From Microgenomates bacterium OLB22 (GTDB lineage Bacteria > Patescibacteriota > Microgenomatia > UBA1406 > HO2-37-13b), in contig LLEV01000005.1 of assembly GCA_001567515.1 (NCBI GenBank), positions 54,952 through 118,951 of the forward strand: a DNA stretch of 64,000 bases, given 5' to 3'. Positions within the stretch are counted from its first letter, which is position 1. Each line of letters begins with the position of its first letter. This document shows, one piece after another, positions 63,882 through 64,000 of the stretch. The notes below the pieces were generated by a model that was given only the letters and a program-made list of their open reading frames with translations, made no database searches and was not told where the DNA came from. A program made the translations under genes and the position numbers.

Positions 63882-64000
63882 AAGGATGTAAGGGGGTTTT
63901 TACTTCCATAGCAGCCTTATTTACCGGGCCCCAAACCCTACATTTACCCTATTTTTTATATACTCTCCTTGAAAGTTAACTTCCTGTAGAGCCCCTTTGA

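Noticed and set aside
1-64000. Alternative genetic code (UGA=Gly code 25 or UGA=Trp code 4), suggested by the TGA codons in the rplQ 5' region and the TGA after alaS TTFF
   Set aside because: rpoC (1305 aa), rpoB, fusA, tuf, secY and other long conserved genes have no in-frame TGA; the alaS junction is better explained by a 1-nt homopolymer indel that restores TFFEMLGNW than by read-through (which would give TFFGDAWKL).
1-64000. CRISPR arrays, transposases/integrases, rRNA genes
   Set aside because: No regularly spaced direct repeats, no recognisable transposase or recombinase ORFs, and no rRNA-like sequence in the window.

Overview
This window is a low-GC (~42%) bacterial chromosome segment that uses the standard genetic code. 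The long genes rpoB, rpoC, fusA, tuf and secY contain no in-frame UGA. Gene content and order look like a reduced, Gram-positive-like CPR/Patescibacteria genome, though I cannot assign a taxon from sequence alone. The features behind that impression are the absence of L30 (rpmD), a type-Z S14, sortase, class A PBPs and an SH3b protein.

The minus strand carries two conserved blocks:
- rpoB-rpoC-rpsL-rpsG-fusA at 58.4 to 48.2 kb.
- A 17-kb ribosomal supercluster at 37.5 to 20.4 kb, in the order tuf-rpsJ-rplC-rplD-rplW-rplB-rplV-rpsC-rplP-rpmC-rpsQ-rplN-rplX-rplE-rpsZ-rpsS-rpsH-rplF-rplR-rpsE-rplO-secY-rpmG-adk-map-infA-rpmJ-rpsM-rpsK-rpsD-rpoA-rplQ-rplM-rpsI.

Other identifiable genes:
- Glycolysis: pgk and a class I aldolase.
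- Cell envelope: two class A PBPs, a sortase, a VanW/YoaR-like protein, a PEGA/SH3b protein, and a 1123-aa Cys-rich surface protein with a dockerin-like C-terminus.
- Repair and stress: radA, Fe/Mn superoxide dismutase, a CAP-domain protein.
- A glycosylation cluster: a WecA-like transferase, processive and polyprenyl-phosphate GT2 enzymes, two ArnT/PMT-like GT-C enzymes, an APH-family kinase and a CPBP protease.

The dominant observation is that at least a dozen genes are broken by single-base indels that mostly fall within A or T homopolymer runs of 4 to 8 nt; the GT2 break at 45879-45960 is not mapped to a run. Correcting the run length by one restores canonical protein sequence in every case. 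The affected genes include the essential alaS, rpoA, rpsE, rpsK, rpmJ and rplQ. Errors occur in both directions, which points to a sequencing or assembly artefact (homopolymer-biased reads); transcriptional slippage rescue is the less likely biological alternative. The raw six-frame ORF track therefore fragments many real genes.

Two gene-order anomalies also stand out: rpsS (S19) sits between rpsZ and rpsH instead of between rplB and rplV, and rpmG (L33) sits between secY and adk. There is also a recurring palindromic motif near promoters, and two GT-C genes are interrupted by in-frame stops. I found no CRISPR array, rRNA or tRNA.
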